Shown piece by piece: positions 56,052 to 64,000 of a stretch of DNA of 64,000 bases. Source of the stretch: Candidatus Bathyarchaeota archaeon (GTDB lineage: Archaea; Thermoproteota; Bathyarchaeia; 40CM-2-53-6). Every line of letters begins with the position of its first letter. Positions within the stretch are counted from its first letter, which is position 1. The DNA lies in contig VBBS01000027.1 in the NCBI GenBank assembly GCA_005888745.1, forward strand, positions 55,045-119,044. The letters are read 5' to 3'. The notes under the pieces are model-generated. The model searched no databases. It saw nothing but the letters and a program-made list of their open reading frames with translations, and was not told the origin of the DNA. A program made the translations under genes and the position numbers.

Positions 56052-56956
56052 GCCTGGAACTGTACTCGCTCTACTTCCTTTCGACAGCTACCCTGGGAAT
56101 TGTAGCAACAGTTCTGATAGTCCAAATTGCTTCCTATATCGCCTACCGATCAAGTGTGGGAAATCCCTCTCGCAGATCCAGCCTCCTATATCCGATACTA
56201 TCCTCTTCTGTTTTCTTCTGGTCGTTTCTTGGAACTAGCCTTGTAGTGTGCACGCTCTTCCTCAATATGTACGAGTGGCAATCACAACGAGTGATAAGAC
56301 TCGTGTTTGGAAGTTCGCTGGTAGCATCTATCGGAATCTCCTCTCTCATGTCCCTTATTGCTCGAAGATACGCGTTCCCTAGAATGCTTGGGGGAATGAT
56401 CGCAGGAACATTCTCGAGCTCTAGACTGAGCGAAACATGTGCGGAGCTATGCAACAAGATGGGTATCAAAGGAGTCGACCTTAGAGAAGCTAGGGTGGGA
56501 AACGCGTTTTCTTTGGACAATGGGAGTTGGAAGGTCGTTGCCGTATCTCCCGAGCTGGTGAGTTCCATGTCACCGGCGGAAGTCGAGGCGGTCATTGCTC
56601 ACGAGATCTCTCACTTGAAGAACAAGGATTCTCGAGAGAAGGGACTTGCAAGGCTGGCTAAACTGGCCTTCGTTTTTGACCCCGTGCTGCATCTTGTTGA
56701 GGCTGCGGTCCACAGAGAACGTGAACTCCTCGCCGACCAGTTGTCAGTGGAATACACTCAGAAGCCGTTGGCACTCGCATCAGCTTTGCTGAAGGTTCAT
56801 TCAGCCTTCCACGCCCCATTGCCTGGGCCTGGAGCCGGATTGTTTGTAGGTCGAAAGACAAGAGGTCTCTTGAGCAGGTATCCCGACCTTGATCGAAGAG
56901 TCCAGCTGCTAATTGACATGGACCGAGAGATGAAGACTCAGACGATCCCCGCCTGA
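56045..56956 (+). CDS. BlaR1-type (M56/M48) membrane zinc metalloprotease, no sensor domain
   Basis: HEISHL (HExxH) plus downstream E(RE)LLAD, and several TM helices. The first canonical start is GTG 56156, but a further hydrophobic helix is encoded in frame upstream. ACG 56045 overlaps the BlaI stop. Confidence 0.6.
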   Translation, partial: TISLELYSLYFLSTATLGIVATVLIVQIASYIAYRSSVGNPSRRSSLLYPILSSSVFFWSFLGTSLVVCTLFLNMYEWQSQRVIRLVFGSSLVASIGISSLMSLIARRYAFPRMLGGMIAGTFSSSRLSETCAELCNKMGIKGVDLREARVGNAFSLDNGSWKVVAVSPELVSSMSPAEVEAVIAHEISHLKNKDSREKGLARLAKLAFVFDPVLHLVEAAVHRERELLADQLSVEYTQKPLALASALLKVHSAFHAPLPGPGAGLFVGRKTRGLLSRYPDLDRRVQLLIDMDREMKTQTIPA

Positions 56957-57025
56957 AGGAACGCTCTTTTATAGCCTCACCAGGTTTGGATTGCGGACTT
57001 GACAGTTCAAATTCAGAAATACAAA

Positions 57026-58431
57026 ATGCTGATCGGGGGAGAGTGGAAGGACAGCGCAAATGGCGCTGTTTCATCAGTTCTTGATCCTTCAAACAACGTA
57101 CAAGACAGGACGCGAAAGCTGCAGTCGTGAGTGCGAAGATCGCGCTGGAGTCGGCCGGCTGGGTCGACATTGATCCCAGCAAGAGAGGGCGTCTCCTAAC
57201 TAAGCTCACAACTCTGGTCAGGGAGAATTCAGAGCAGCTGGCAAAGCTTGAAACCATGAGTGAGGGGAAGACTCTCCGAGAGTCTAAGGGTGATGTTGCC
57301 TGGGCGGCCAGGGCGTTCGAGTACTGGGCAGGACTGGCGGACAAGGTTGAAGGAGAAACCATACCTGTTCCGCCGAGACGTCTGAACTACACTCTTCGTG
57401 AGCCGCTAGGCGTAACGGTCCATATTGTTCCTTGGAATTATCCGATCGCGCTTGCTGCTAGAAGTTTGGCACCGGCAATTGCAGCAGGGAATACTGTTGT
57501 CGTGAAACCGTCTGAGATTACTCCTCTTACAGCGATTATGCTGGGAGATCTAGCGCTTAAGGCCGGCATCCCCAAAGGTGTTATCAACGTTGTAACTGGA
57601 TCAGGTGCTGAAGTAGGCGAAGCACTTGTGTCGGACCCGCGAGTGGACGGGATAGTTTTCACAGGGTCCGCTGAGACAGGAACGCAGGTGATGGAGTCAG
57701 CCGCGAAAAATGTTACAAGGGTACTTCTGGAGTTAGGCGGTAAGAACCCGCATATTGTCTTCCCTGACGCCGACTTGGCGAAGGCCGCTAAGAGCGTGAA
57801 GGAAGGCATTTTCACCAATGCTGGACAAATGTGCTGGGCCGGATCTAGGGCATTCATTCACGAGAGCATATACGATGATTTCGTAAAGGACCTCGTCGCC
57901 AAGACCCGAGCGATAAAGGTCGGGCCTGGAAGAGATGATACCAGCGAGATGGGACCCTTAGCCTCAAAGGCTCGGCAAGACGTGGTTCTCGGGTTTGTCA
58001 AGGACGGCCTCGAAGAAGGGGCAAGTCTTCTCTGCGGGGGGAAGAAACCATCTGACCCAGGACTGCAGAAGGGAAATTTCGTCGAGCCCACCATTTTCGA
58101 GAACGTCAACGGGAAGATGAAAATCGGGTGCGACGAGATTTTCGGACCTGTTCTGGGCCTTACCCAGTTCAAGACTCTCGACGAGGTTGTTGCTATGGCC
58201 AATGAGACAGATTATGGACTATACGGGGGAGTCTGGACGAGCAATTTGAAAGTCGCTCATGAACTCGCTGTTCGTCTCCAGGTCGGTGGACTAGCCGTGA
58301 ACGAGTATTTGGTGACCTTTCCGCAGACCCCGTTCGGCGGCTACAAGGACAGCGGAATAGGACATGAAAACGGCATACGCTCGTTAGAATTCTACACACG
58401 AACCAAGAATGTCTCGATAAACCTTTCCTAG
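57026..58431 (+). CDS. NAD(P)-dependent aldehyde dehydrogenase, N-terminus frameshifted
   Basis: The ELGGKNP and GQMCWAGSR catalytic motifs lie in the main ORF (57127..58431). The family N-terminus MLIGGEWKDS...LDPS is in another frame starting at ATG 57026. Confidence 0.8.
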
Positions 58432-58767
58432 ACACTATCGCCAGCTCCCTACAATTATCCTCTGAAGAGGCATGCGGAGAGCATTGCCACGAAAAATAGC
58501 CCATTTTCAGACCCCTGATATCGAGTCTGGGGCCCTTCTCTACACTGACTAGGAAAATCGTTCTTGACACCGCATTTAGAACCGCAGGAACCATCATGTC
58601 GTTTAGGCCAAATGCCAAGCTCTGAATCGCGAGACTCGCCCGGAATCAGTGCCAGACACGGAGCGACCTCTCAGGAGCGTGTCTTACACAGAGCATCTCG
58701 TGACGCCAGAGTGTTTGAGAGCGCGAAATCCACTGCCGAGCTTGGGAACAGTGGAGGTTCTTTCGAA

Positions 58768-59694
58768 CTAGGTAAGCTCGTCCAGCAACGGCGTAATATC
58801 ACGGTTGTAAATATCCTGCTCGACAAAGGGCTTTTCTTTCAGGGCGGGCATTCGAAGAGCCAGCTGGTCCTCGAAGGTAGGAACCTCCATCTTGAAGAAA
58901 ACCCCGATCGGTATCTTGTCGCCCCACTCGAAAGACTTCACCAGGGCATTTCCCTTCTTTGTGTTAACCTCGTCCGTCGTGGGATCGGCAACCGTACCAT
59001 TGTACCCTGAATCCTCCAGCTTGTAGAGCCTCGGTGCCTTGACCGGAAGATCTTCGCCACCATACCATTCTTTCGTGTTGATGTCGTTATAGGTCGGGCA
59101 TGTTTGCAGAACATCTACGAACGCGCTTCCCCGATGTTCTATTGCCGCTCGAAGGGTTTGCTTCAAGTGGCGAACGTCAAGAGCATAACTCCGCGCAACG
59201 AACGTATAGCCCGAAGCGACTGCCATAGCGATCGGATTCACACGCTCAATGATCGCGGGGGCAGGCATCGATTTCGTTTTCACACCCTTCGGCAGGGTCG
59301 GAGATGCCTGACCTTTTGTCAAGCCGTAGACTCCATTATCGTAGAGCACGTATGTGAAATCCAGGTTCCTTCGACCAGTATTGACGAAGTGGCCTGCTCC
59401 TATTCCCAGTCCGTCTCCGTCGCCACCAACAGCGACAACGGTCAGTCCTGGGTTAGAAAGACGGGCACCAGTAGCGATTGGAAGGACACGGCCATGGAGA
59501 GTATGGAACCCGTACGCGTTAACAAAATGAGGTGTCTTGCCTGAGCATCCGATTCCCGAGAAGATCGCGACCCTGTGGGGTTCAAGCTGCATTTCTAGAA
59601 GGGTCATCTGAATCGCGTTGACGATTCCGAAGTCTCCGCAACCAGGGCACCAGTCGTTGTGAACCTGTGTCCGGTAGGTCTTTAGCTCAAGCAT
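58768..59694 (-). CDS. 2-oxoacid:ferredoxin oxidoreductase beta subunit (TPP-binding)
   Basis: WCPGCGDFG and GGDGDGLGIG motifs. Confidence 0.9.
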   Translation of the reverse strand: MLELKTYRTQVHNDWCPGCGDFGIVNAIQMTLLEMQLEPHRVAIFSGIGCSGKTPHFVNAYGFHTLHGRVLPIATGARLSNPGLTVVAVGGDGDGLGIGAGHFVNTGRRNLDFTYVLYDNGVYGLTKGQASPTLPKGVKTKSMPAPAIIERVNPIAMAVASGYTFVARSYALDVRHLKQTLRAAIEHRGSAFVDVLQTCPTYNDINTKEWYGGEDLPVKAPRLYKLEDSGYNGTVADPTTDEVNTKKGNALVKSFEWGDKIPIGVFFKMEVPTFEDQLALRMPALKEKPFVEQDIYNRDITPLLDELT

Positions 59695-60121
59695 GAGATA
59701 CGGTTACCTCTTTGATTCCGTTCTTTATTATGTCTTTGACACCCTCGTAGATTTCGTTCTGGGAAAACGGTCTTCCGTCGAACTTTACAATAGTATTGTC
59801 CATTGCAATACCGGTTTTCTCACGGATCAACCCTGCCATCTGTGCGGAGTAATTGTTTTCGATCGCGATCTTCCGCCGGGCCGAACCAAGTGCCTGCTGA
59901 ACGAAGCTTGTTGGGAACGGGCTAACGTATCGCACCTGTAGAAAGTTTGTTTCTATCCCGTCGCTCTTGAGGTCTTCCATGCCGTCGAGTATCGCTCCCT
60001 TCGATGACCCCCAGCCAACGAGTGTAATCAGAGCCGATGTTGGTCCGTGCAAGGTTGCCTTCTTTGAGTCCGGTATTACTTGTCCAGCAAGCTCGATCTT
60101 TCTCATTCTCTTCCTCATCAT
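59687..60121 (-). CDS. 2-oxoacid:ferredoxin oxidoreductase alpha subunit, C-terminal part (separated by a frame break)
   Basis: In its frame this ORF continues upstream as ...GGIFWTTGDEHDEYGHITEAPDIRIKMMRKRM, the conserved alpha-subunit segment. Confidence 0.8.
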   Translation of the reverse strand: MMRKRMRKIELAGQVIPDSKKATLHGPTSALITLVGWGSSKGAILDGMEDLKSDGIETNFLQVRYVSPFPTSFVQQALGSARRKIAIENNYSAQMAGLIREKTGIAMDNTIVKFDGRPFSQNEIYEGVKDIIKNGIKEVTVSHA

Positions 60122-61536
60122 CTTGATCCGGATATCCGGCGCCTCCGTGATATGACCATACTCGTCATGCTCATCTCCAGTTGTCCAGAAGATCCCCCCT
60201 TTCTGACCAGGAATTGCTCGGGGGGAAATTCCCAGTTCTGTCCAACGGTAGCGTCGATGCTTATGGCGAGATCTGATTCTCGAACCAAGTCTCCCCGATC
60301 GACCTTCAGGTTGTCGCCGTTGAAAGGAGGAATATCTTGGTAGGTGCTCGCCAGGAACTTGTCGGTCAGAAGTATGACGGGCACTTGGTAGCGTTCCGCG
60401 TAGTTGAACGCGTCGAACGTGTCGTAGTAAGTTTCGACCACATCTCCGGGTGCAATAATTATCCGAGGAAATTCTCCATGGGCAGCGTGAAGAGCAAATC
60501 TTAGGTCTGCTTGCTCCGTCCGAGTCGGCAGCCCAGTTGCAGGACCTGCCCGCTGATATAGCACGACAACTGGTCCAGGGGCTTCAGTTATCCCGGCCCA
60601 CCCCAAGCCTTCGGCCATAAGAGAAAAGCCCGGTCCAGATGTAGAGGTAGAAGATCTGAGACCAGCGTGAGCCGCACCGGTGGCCATGTTGATCGCGGAA
60701 ATCTCGTCCTCTGCTTGTACGACTATCATATTGTAGTCCTTCTGGTGGGACTCCAAGTACTCGCTCTCGTCCGTTGCTGGTGTAATGGGATAGTAGGTTT
60801 GGAATCCACATCCGGCCTTGAGTTTCGCGATAGCCACGGCTTGTACACCTCTGATCATCATTCGCTTTCCAGACAGCGGTTGCTTTCGCAGCTTTATCGG
60901 AAACGCATCTTCGCCGAAACCCGCCTTTGCATAATCGTATCCGCGTTTCGCGGCGCTGACGTTTAGGTCGCCGAGAGCTGCCTTGCGTCCGGTGAACCCT
61001 TCTCTAATGGCCTCGGTTGCGAGGTCAAAGTCGTAATCGGCGAGGCCAAGGGAAGCCCCTAGAGCAATCGTGTTGACCATAACCTGGTACTTGCTCAGTT
61101 CCTTGTCCTTTCCAAACTCCTTCAGCGCCTCGACAAGGAGATCCATGTAGGGGATCGGAAAGAGTTTGATATCATCACGCCCGAAAGAGTCAGGTGACAG
61201 GTTCAAGCTGCGATCGTAGATTATTCCACCTCCAGGGCTGACCTCGTGTCTATGCCCTCGATGGGTAGGACGAAGCTTGTTCATGTCGCCGAAGATTGTT
61301 TCCCGGTCGAGGGCTACGAGTAAGTCTACCCAGTCCACGTGGGATCTGGGCGCCTTTGACTCTACTCTGAGCCTGTAGTAGCTATGTTCGCCCTTGATGT
61401 TGGAGTGATACTCGATGTTGGCAAATATGTGAAGTCCTCCACGAATGCATGCTTTTGCAAAGTTCTCTGCAACCGAGTTGATCCCGCTGCCTTGAGGACC
61501 GCCTATCATCCAGGTGAAACTGTTGGTTACTGTCAA
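60118..61536 (-). CDS. 2-oxoacid:ferredoxin oxidoreductase alpha subunit (gamma-alpha fusion type), N-terminal part
   Basis: N-terminal IGGPQGSGINS (gamma-like domain) followed by YPITPATDE (alpha). The last ~20 codons look out of frame. Confidence 0.85.
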   Translation of the reverse strand: MTVTNSFTWMIGGPQGSGINSVAENFAKACIRGGLHIFANIEYHSNIKGEHSYYRLRVESKAPRSHVDWVDLLVALDRETIFGDMNKLRPTHRGHRHEVSPGGGIIYDRSLNLSPDSFGRDDIKLFPIPYMDLLVEALKEFGKDKELSKYQVMVNTIALGASLGLADYDFDLATEAIREGFTGRKAALGDLNVSAAKRGYDYAKAGFGEDAFPIKLRKQPLSGKRMMIRGVQAVAIAKLKAGCGFQTYYPITPATDESEYLESHQKDYNMIVVQAEDEISAINMATGAAHAGLRSSTSTSGPGFSLMAEGLGWAGITEAPGPVVVLYQRAGPATGLPTRTEQADLRFALHAAHGEFPRIIIAPGDVVETYYDTFDAFNYAERYQVPVILLTDKFLASTYQDIPPFNGDNLKVDRGDLVRESDLAISIDATVGQNWEFPPEQFLVRKGGSSGQLEMSMTSMVISRRRRISGSR

Positions 61537-61699
61537 ATTCCCGCACCATTAGGGGATCTGCTAGCATAGAAAATTCTTTGCCCCGTCGAGGTCTTGGGTC
61601 CTAAGGCGGGGAACTTGCCTTGGTCTGAAGTTGGGTGTCAAGCAGGGCGCCTCAAAACAAGCGCTATATACGTATAGTCCAGCGAGAATTCGTTTCGCC

Positions 61700-62407
61700 A
61701 TGAATCAGATGGGACGAGTGGCACTGGCTGAGGCTTATGGGACCTTTCTTCTCACTATGATCGGCCCGGGGACAATCATGGCGGTCACGTTGCTCGATTT
61801 CGGGGGTACGGGTGCCGGACTCGGCTTTATCGGTCTCGCCCATGGGGTAGCCCTCCTGTTGGCGGTGTACACCATAGGCCGCGTGACGGGCGCCCACATC
61901 AATCCCGCGGTCACAATTGCTCATTGGGCTACGCGGAGGGTAGAGACAAAAAAAGTAGCACCGTACATTCTTGGACAGCTTGCAGGCGCATCCGTCGCGG
62001 GCTTCATCCAGCTCGCATTGTGGACGTCAAGCAACAGCCCAATACTTGTGCAGGCCGCTCGCTCGACCTTCTTTGGAGATACCATTCCAAACCTTGAATT
62101 CGGCATCGGTGCCGTACTTCTAGCTGAGGTGACTGGTACTGCCATCCTCGTCTTCACCGTGTTCGGGGCTACGGACAAGGCTGCTGACCCAAGCCGGGCA
62201 GGAGTCACGATAGGATTCGCTCTGGCAGCCATGGTCTGGATGTTCGGCCCGATTTCTGGGGCATCTCTTAACCCAGCTAGAACATGGGGGCCGACACTGG
62301 CTTCATCAATTTTCAGCCTGACCCCTCTGGGAAACTTATGGATCTATGTCGTTGGACCGGTCTTAGGAGGTTTGCTTGGAGCTTTCCTGTACGACGCGTT
62401 TAGGTAG
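61700..62407 (+). CDS. aquaporin / MIP-family channel
   Basis: Two NPA boxes (HINPAVT, SLNPART) and six hydrophobic helices. ATG 61700 is preferred over TTG 61631. Confidence 0.85.
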   Translation: MNQMGRVALAEAYGTFLLTMIGPGTIMAVTLLDFGGTGAGLGFIGLAHGVALLLAVYTIGRVTGAHINPAVTIAHWATRRVETKKVAPYILGQLAGASVAGFIQLALWTSSNSPILVQAARSTFFGDTIPNLEFGIGAVLLAEVTGTAILVFTVFGATDKAADPSRAGVTIGFALAAMVWMFGPISGASLNPARTWGPTLASSIFSLTPLGNLWIYVVGPVLGGLLGAFLYDAFR

Positions 62408-62488
62408 GGCCTAGACGAGGAAATGAGTCAAAGATTCTTCAGGAATATTTCTGATTGAACACAGTCTGATGTTGAGGCGGTGGGTGGC

Positions 62489-62827
62489 TCAAGCCTTCGT
62501 CTGAGCTGGCGTCGCCGGCTGGACCGCCGGAGGAGTGTAGCCGGGGTTGACTCTCTGGTTGATCTCGTTGGCGAGAGCATGTCCGTGGAGAATAACCGTG
62601 ACCTTCTTTACACCTTCGAGCTTGGACGTAAGTGTCTTTATGCTCATTCCAATGTCTTCCGCGAAGATCGGGGGACAGAACGGTGCAGTAAGATGATATT
62701 TGATGAAAATCTCTCCATTCTCTTGGATGTTTATCTCGTCAACTAGGTGCATCTCTGTGATCGGAAGTCCGATCTCAGGATCCACAACCTTCTCAAGCTC
62801 CTTTTCGACTAGGTCTACGGTGATCAT
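62489..62827 (-). CDS. DUF59 / MIP18-family Fe-S assembly protein
   Basis: VVDPEIGLPITEMHLV...LTAPFCPP pattern. Confidence 0.7.
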   Translation of the reverse strand: MITVDLVEKELEKVVDPEIGLPITEMHLVDEINIQENGEIFIKYHLTAPFCPPIFAEDIGMSIKTLTSKLEGVKKVTVILHGHALANEINQRVNPGYTPPAVQPATPAQTKA

Positions 62828-62966
62828 GCTCTTCGAGTAGATGAGTGTGACCGTTTTGATTTATAGGTTCCTTGGAGGTGTAAAAACGGATGTTCGTGTG
62901 GGGTAAGCTGATAATGGGCGACTTCGCATCGAAGCGAAGACTCTTCGGATTATGACATAAGTTATG

Positions 62967-62974
62967 TTTAAATA
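62967..62974 (+). promoter_or_regulatory. TATA-box-like element
   Basis: TTTAAATA ends 33 nt upstream of TTG 63007. Confidence 0.35.
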
Positions 62975-63006
62975 GATTTTGCGAACTATTAGTCAACGTC
63001 GTCTTA

Positions 63007-63456
63007 TTGATCATTCCTTGTGAAGTTGCAGCGAAATCCGTCATCCCCGCACTACGGGCAATGATAGCTCGAGAGCTGATAGAAGACTATGGAATGAAAC
63101 AGGAGCTCGTCGCAGAACGACTGGGAATTACACAAGCAGCAGTGAGCAAATACAGACACCAGGTTCGCGGAGAAGCAATAGATTTGGGAGCATCATCAGA
63201 GGTCCGTCAGATGAGTAGAGATATAGCCTCCACTCTTGCAAGCAACCCGAGCCCGCTGGAAGTGTCAAGAAAGCTGTGTCAAGCCTGCACAGATATCCGG
63301 GCTTTAGGCCTCATGTGCGAGACCTGCAGGAAGGTCGACCCTGGGTGGGATGTCGAGCATTGCACGATTTGCTTTGGACATCACAGCTGCGCAGAGATTG
63401 TGAGTATCGAAACCAGCAGCATTGCAAAGTACAGAAAGATACCGATTCGACAATAA
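63007..63456 (+). CDS. archaeal HTH transcriptional regulator (COG2522-like) with C-terminal Cys cluster
   Basis: IPCEVAAKSVIPALRAMIAREL..YG..Q..VAERLGITQAAVSKY, then CQAC..C..C..C..C. Confidence 0.6.
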   Translation: MIIPCEVAAKSVIPALRAMIARELIEDYGMKQELVAERLGITQAAVSKYRHQVRGEAIDLGASSEVRQMSRDIASTLASNPSPLEVSRKLCQACTDIRALGLMCETCRKVDPGWDVEHCTICFGHHSCAEIVSIETSSIAKYRKIPIRQ

Positions 63457-63811
63457 CTCAGTTCCTACAAGTTTGACCCTAAGTCGCGGCCTAGTAATTC
63501 TCCTGGTTTTTCCAACCGAGTCGACGCATTACCGACCTGAGTTATGACTAGAGCTCTTGAATTCTCAACGATCGGTTCCAAGTTCTAGTACTTGATGATT
63601 CTTCCACTGGAGGACTTCCGATAAGGACCTCTCTTTCGACGCCGAGCCTTATCCTTGGACTCTCTTCTTCGAATTATCTTGTCTTCAACATTCAGAGACG
63701 TTTCCCTCCTACAGTCCTATCCTCGCAGGCTGCGCAAGTCAATTCTTAAATGCCTAATAAGAAAAGCTTACGTGCATCCCAGGGGACACGCGCAACACTT
63801 TGAGACTAGGC

Positions 63812-64000
63812 GTGGGCAAGTCAAAGCAAAAGGATCCGCCTCCGGGAGCAAACGTTCAGCCTTCAGCAACCAGCCGGCTGAGAGAGCTGTGCGGTGGGGA
63901 CGAGGAACTCTACATCGCCATGTCGCACCTGATGTTCCTGGATCCGAAGAAAATCACAATGCCTTTCGAAGGGGTGCTTAAAGAGGCTCAAGACTACGAG
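63812..64000 (+). CDS. hypothetical protein, 3'-truncated by the window end
   Basis: Hand-read frame gives ...LRELCGGDEELYIAMSHLMFLDPKKITMPFEGVLKEAQDYE and runs off the window. Candidate starts are GTG 63812, TTG 63800, and ACG 63770 or 63788. The track ORF 63655..63981 in another frame looks non-coding. Confidence 0.3.
   Translation, partial: MGKSKQKDPPPGANVQPSATSRLRELCGGDEELYIAMSHLMFLDPKKITMPFEGVLKEAQDYE

Noticed and set aside
58432-58767. The 336-nt convergent gap between the ALDH and OFOR beta genes, considered as a possible ncRNA or small gene.
   Set aside because: The only ORF (58193..58618, minus strand) overlaps the ALDH 3' end and is Arg/Ser/Cys-rich noise. An apparent inverted repeat around 58620-58650 does not actually base-pair when checked. 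Nothing here can be supported.
63655-63981. The 108-aa track ORF at the right end of the window.
   Set aside because: Its translation is Arg/Ser-rich with no structure-like pattern. A different frame (from ~63770-63812) gives a much more protein-like sequence that continues past the window end.
1-64000. CRISPR arrays, rRNA genes, IS transposases, integrases, and classical defence or toxin-antitoxin modules.
   Set aside because: Reading through the intergenic regions and ORF translations, I saw no regularly spaced direct repeats. There were no rRNA-like conserved strings and no DDE, serine or tyrosine recombinase motifs. The only mobile-type genes are the LAGLIDADG endonucleases. This was visual inspection only, so short or degenerate elements could have been missed.

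Overview
This is an archaeal chromosomal segment, densely coding on both strands, with about 70 genes. All functional calls come from reading motifs in the supplied translations. No database search, RNA folding or composition statistics were run.

The content is mostly housekeeping:
- Chromosome and replication: an smc-scpA-scpB operon with uppS and an MTA phosphorylase, family-B DNA polymerase, and DnaG primase.
- Translation: ribosomal proteins S8e and S11, SRP19, PheRS alpha and beta, TrpRS, and MetAP.
- Central metabolism: type-II GAPDH, tdh/kbl, SHMT, NadE, RpiB, and a two-subunit 2-oxoacid:ferredoxin oxidoreductase.
- Other: an aldehyde dehydrogenase, an aquaporin, and a split MetE plus MetF-like operon.
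- A beta-oxidation-like cluster: thioesterase, 3-hydroxyacyl-CoA dehydrogenase, two enoyl-CoA hydratases, a diiron protein, an EthD protein, and thiolase plus DUF35.

One tRNA was found. No rRNA, CRISPR array or IS transposase was seen.

The observations most worth a second look are:
1. Several conserved genes encode their conserved N-terminus upstream of the first ATG/GTG/TTG. An ACG sits where the initiator is expected in pheT and the hydroxyacyl-CoA dehydrogenase, and ACG codons are available in scpB and a BlaR1-like gene. The thiolase and a small ferredoxin-fold ORF have no canonical start at all.
2. Three genes carry a single-base (-1) frame break: OFOR alpha (at a textbook A_AAG_GGG heptamer), a GNAT, and the ALDH. 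Assembly error is a serious alternative explanation.
3. A tRNA-Trp(CCA) gene needs three introns. Its long intron is complementary to its own anticodon loop between box C/D-like elements. A free-standing LAGLIDADG gene lies 27 nt upstream of it.
4. A second LAGLIDADG gene is wedged into the thiolase-DUF35 operon.
5. Twin 16-bp palindromes lie between an HTH-CBS regulator and the methionine-synthase operon.
6. An unassigned ~450-nt segment inside the beta-oxidation cluster has paired ends.

I did not find one clear-cut multi-gene novel system such as a defence island.
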